Source: Dudresnaya verticillata
Taxonomy: Eukaryota
Direction of reading: 5' to 3'
Length of the DNA stretch: 64,000 nucleotides
NCBI GenBank assembly: GCA_977862235.1
Contig: OZ374565.1
Span: 1,798,001 to 1,862,000 of the forward strand
In this document: piece after piece, positions 61,991-64,000 of the stretch
Layout of the letters: the number at the start of each line of letters is the position of its first letter
How positions within the stretch are numbered: position 1 is the stretch's first letter
Position numbers and translations under genes: made by a program
The notes under the pieces: generated by a model
What the model was told of the DNA's origin: nothing
The model's input: the letters and a program-made list of their open reading frames with translations, nothing else
Database searches by the model: none

Positions 61991-64000
61991 CACATCTGTC
62001 AAATCTATTCGCTGCTGCTCAGGCGCAAAATACGATACCGTCAACCGAATGGTACCGATATCTTCCAGTAATGCAGGTATTCCCTCCTAAGCGGCATTCA
62101 GACTATAATATATTGTCTATTGATGGATGTTGGGCATAGGATAAAGTATGGAACGTTCGTTTCATTTCTAACTTCACGTTTGCAGACTGGTACTTGTTGT
62201 CCATGGTATTACCTGTTCAGAAGCAGGTGAATAGATAGATGTGGCCCACATCTGCGCATGTAATTGACTTGTCTTTGCATAGTTGAAGAACAATTGAGGG
62301 ATCTCTTTAGACGGTCGGATGCGCAATCCTCGGTCCCTCGCGATGCGCTCCCTTCTACTTGACGCTCATCAATATCACACGCTTGTGGGAAGACATTAGT
62401 TGTATGGTGGATTCAAGCAGTCTGCAGGGGGTACCCTTTCAATACCAAGGAGCGCTTCTTGATTGCCGGGGACTCGAGATTCGTGGCTGTTGCCCTTCTC
62501 ATTGGCGATCTGGCACGCTCGTCTCTCGAATCAAACTTTGATATTCACACTGCCGCTGGAGTATATGTAGGAGCGGAGTGGTGCATACAGAGAGAGCGGG
62601 AGCCTGTTTCAAGACGAGTCGATTCAATTGCCATCCGTAGGAACTTTGGGCATGAGCTAGTCTATTATGTAGATCCCCTGAGCCACTGAAATATTATAAT
62701 ACCGGTCCTGTTTCAGAAGCGCCCTCTACCCTCGCTAATATTTCAATTATTCCGAGGAAGTGCTCCACAAATATCGCTCTATAGCCGGAATATCGGTTTC
62801 GTGGTTTCGCTTGGCTGCCCTGCGCGAAAGGAGAACCTCGCTCTAGTGAATTGAAAAGGTTCAGGATCCCGTGGCGAAAGGGATACTGGGACATCGATCA
62901 AACCTAATCTGGACAGGCTTTGCGAGTAGCAAACGTTGAAACGCACAACGAAGATGAATTGGGCGAGGAGGTGCGTCCCGGAACAAAGCCCACGGCACGA
63001 GTCATGCTCACTCTCAACGGGTAATAAGTTACTACAACAACTCTGTTACGACCTCAGAATTTCTTGAAGGGAACCGTTGTCCCCAGTGACCGATCATGCA
63101 CCTTCCTGTATGGGAACAGACTCGGGCCTCAACGACGGGACGGAGAAGTACCGGTTGCAGTTCACCTCTTTCGTTCCCTGCACAACTGCAATTTCTACGA
63201 AAAACATTTCAGTACAAACCAGGAAGTAAGCCTTTCCCCGAGACACAAAGTCGAATGCAGACGGAAAAACGACCTGCAACCTGTTCCAGATTGAGGATCG
63301 CGTTACTATTTATGGTACAAGGCGCAGAAAAGGAACACATGCGCTTGTTTTTGCAGCGGAAACACTTACGGTGGCTCACGGTAACCCAAATTCACCCGCT
63401 CTACTCATCAATGTTGGCCAATCCGCTCCTCATCCAAAACACCAGAATCAGGTAGAAGAAAGCGCCGCGGTGAACAGCCCTTCTTAGCCATCTCTAAATG
63501 AAGAAAATGAAGATGAAGCGGACGCAAAGTTTCAATACACAGCTGTACGCCGGCCATATATGCGTGAAAGCCCTCATAAACCATCCAAGGAGAACATTCC
63601 AGACGCTTTACCAGTCTAACCAGCCCCATATGAAACGGGCGAAATTGATATAAAACTCGATCAGGGCTGTCGGAGTTATGCCTTCTGGGGCAAAAGGAGC
63701 AAGCGACGAATATGACTGGATCGCGCCCCTGCCACATCTTGAACGCAATATCAGACGTACTACTGCAAACAGTTCGGATTGTACTAGTCGTGCCCCAGAA
63801 CAAGGCCCTCAAGCTAATCCAGCGTTGCCCGCAGGTACTAACACACAAGGGGACGTGCAACCACAGCTCCAAATCAGCACAGGAGAACTTACAGCAACCA
63901 AACCTGATCTAGTCAAAAACGACCCTGCCCGACCTGATGTACAAAATACAGGTGTTGATGTATCGGAAATAGAAGAAGGCGAGGAGCAATCAGATGCTGT
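61991..64000 (+). mobile_element. Old degenerate Sola-family copy, runs off the window
   Basis: Colinear homology to ~16865-18866, e.g. CCCGGAACAAAGCCC..CGAGTCATGCTCAC.CTCAACGGG and GAGGAGCAATCAGATGCTG. Confidence 0.88.

Overview
Eukaryotic, transposon-saturated window with no intact host gene; the element mix resembles a red-algal nuclear genome (inference only). Almost all of it resolves into a nested stack confirmed by target-site duplications (TSDs). An old Sola-family DNA transposon (pieces at 5728-5990, 26186-26401, 61991-64000) was hit by chromodomain Gypsy A (TSD CTCAT, halves now on opposite strands after an inversion) and by a CRE-type non-LTR element. The CRE element contains an APE-type LINE (TSD ATTGTG), which contains Gypsy B (TSD AGAAG), which contains Gypsy C (TSD TAAGG). 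The highlight is a 14.6-kb Sola-like DNA transposon (9166-23799; about 600-bp TIRs; TSD CTTG) inserted in Gypsy A pol. Besides its DDD transposase it carries a decayed prokaryote-type beta-class DNA amino-methyltransferase (m6A/m4C type), a Harbinger fragment, small antisense ORFs with conserved stop-start overlap, and a 147-bp palindrome. Gypsy B and C each carry a large antisense ORF between pol and the 3' LTR, and the two appear homologous. All comparisons were made by eye; no database search was run.
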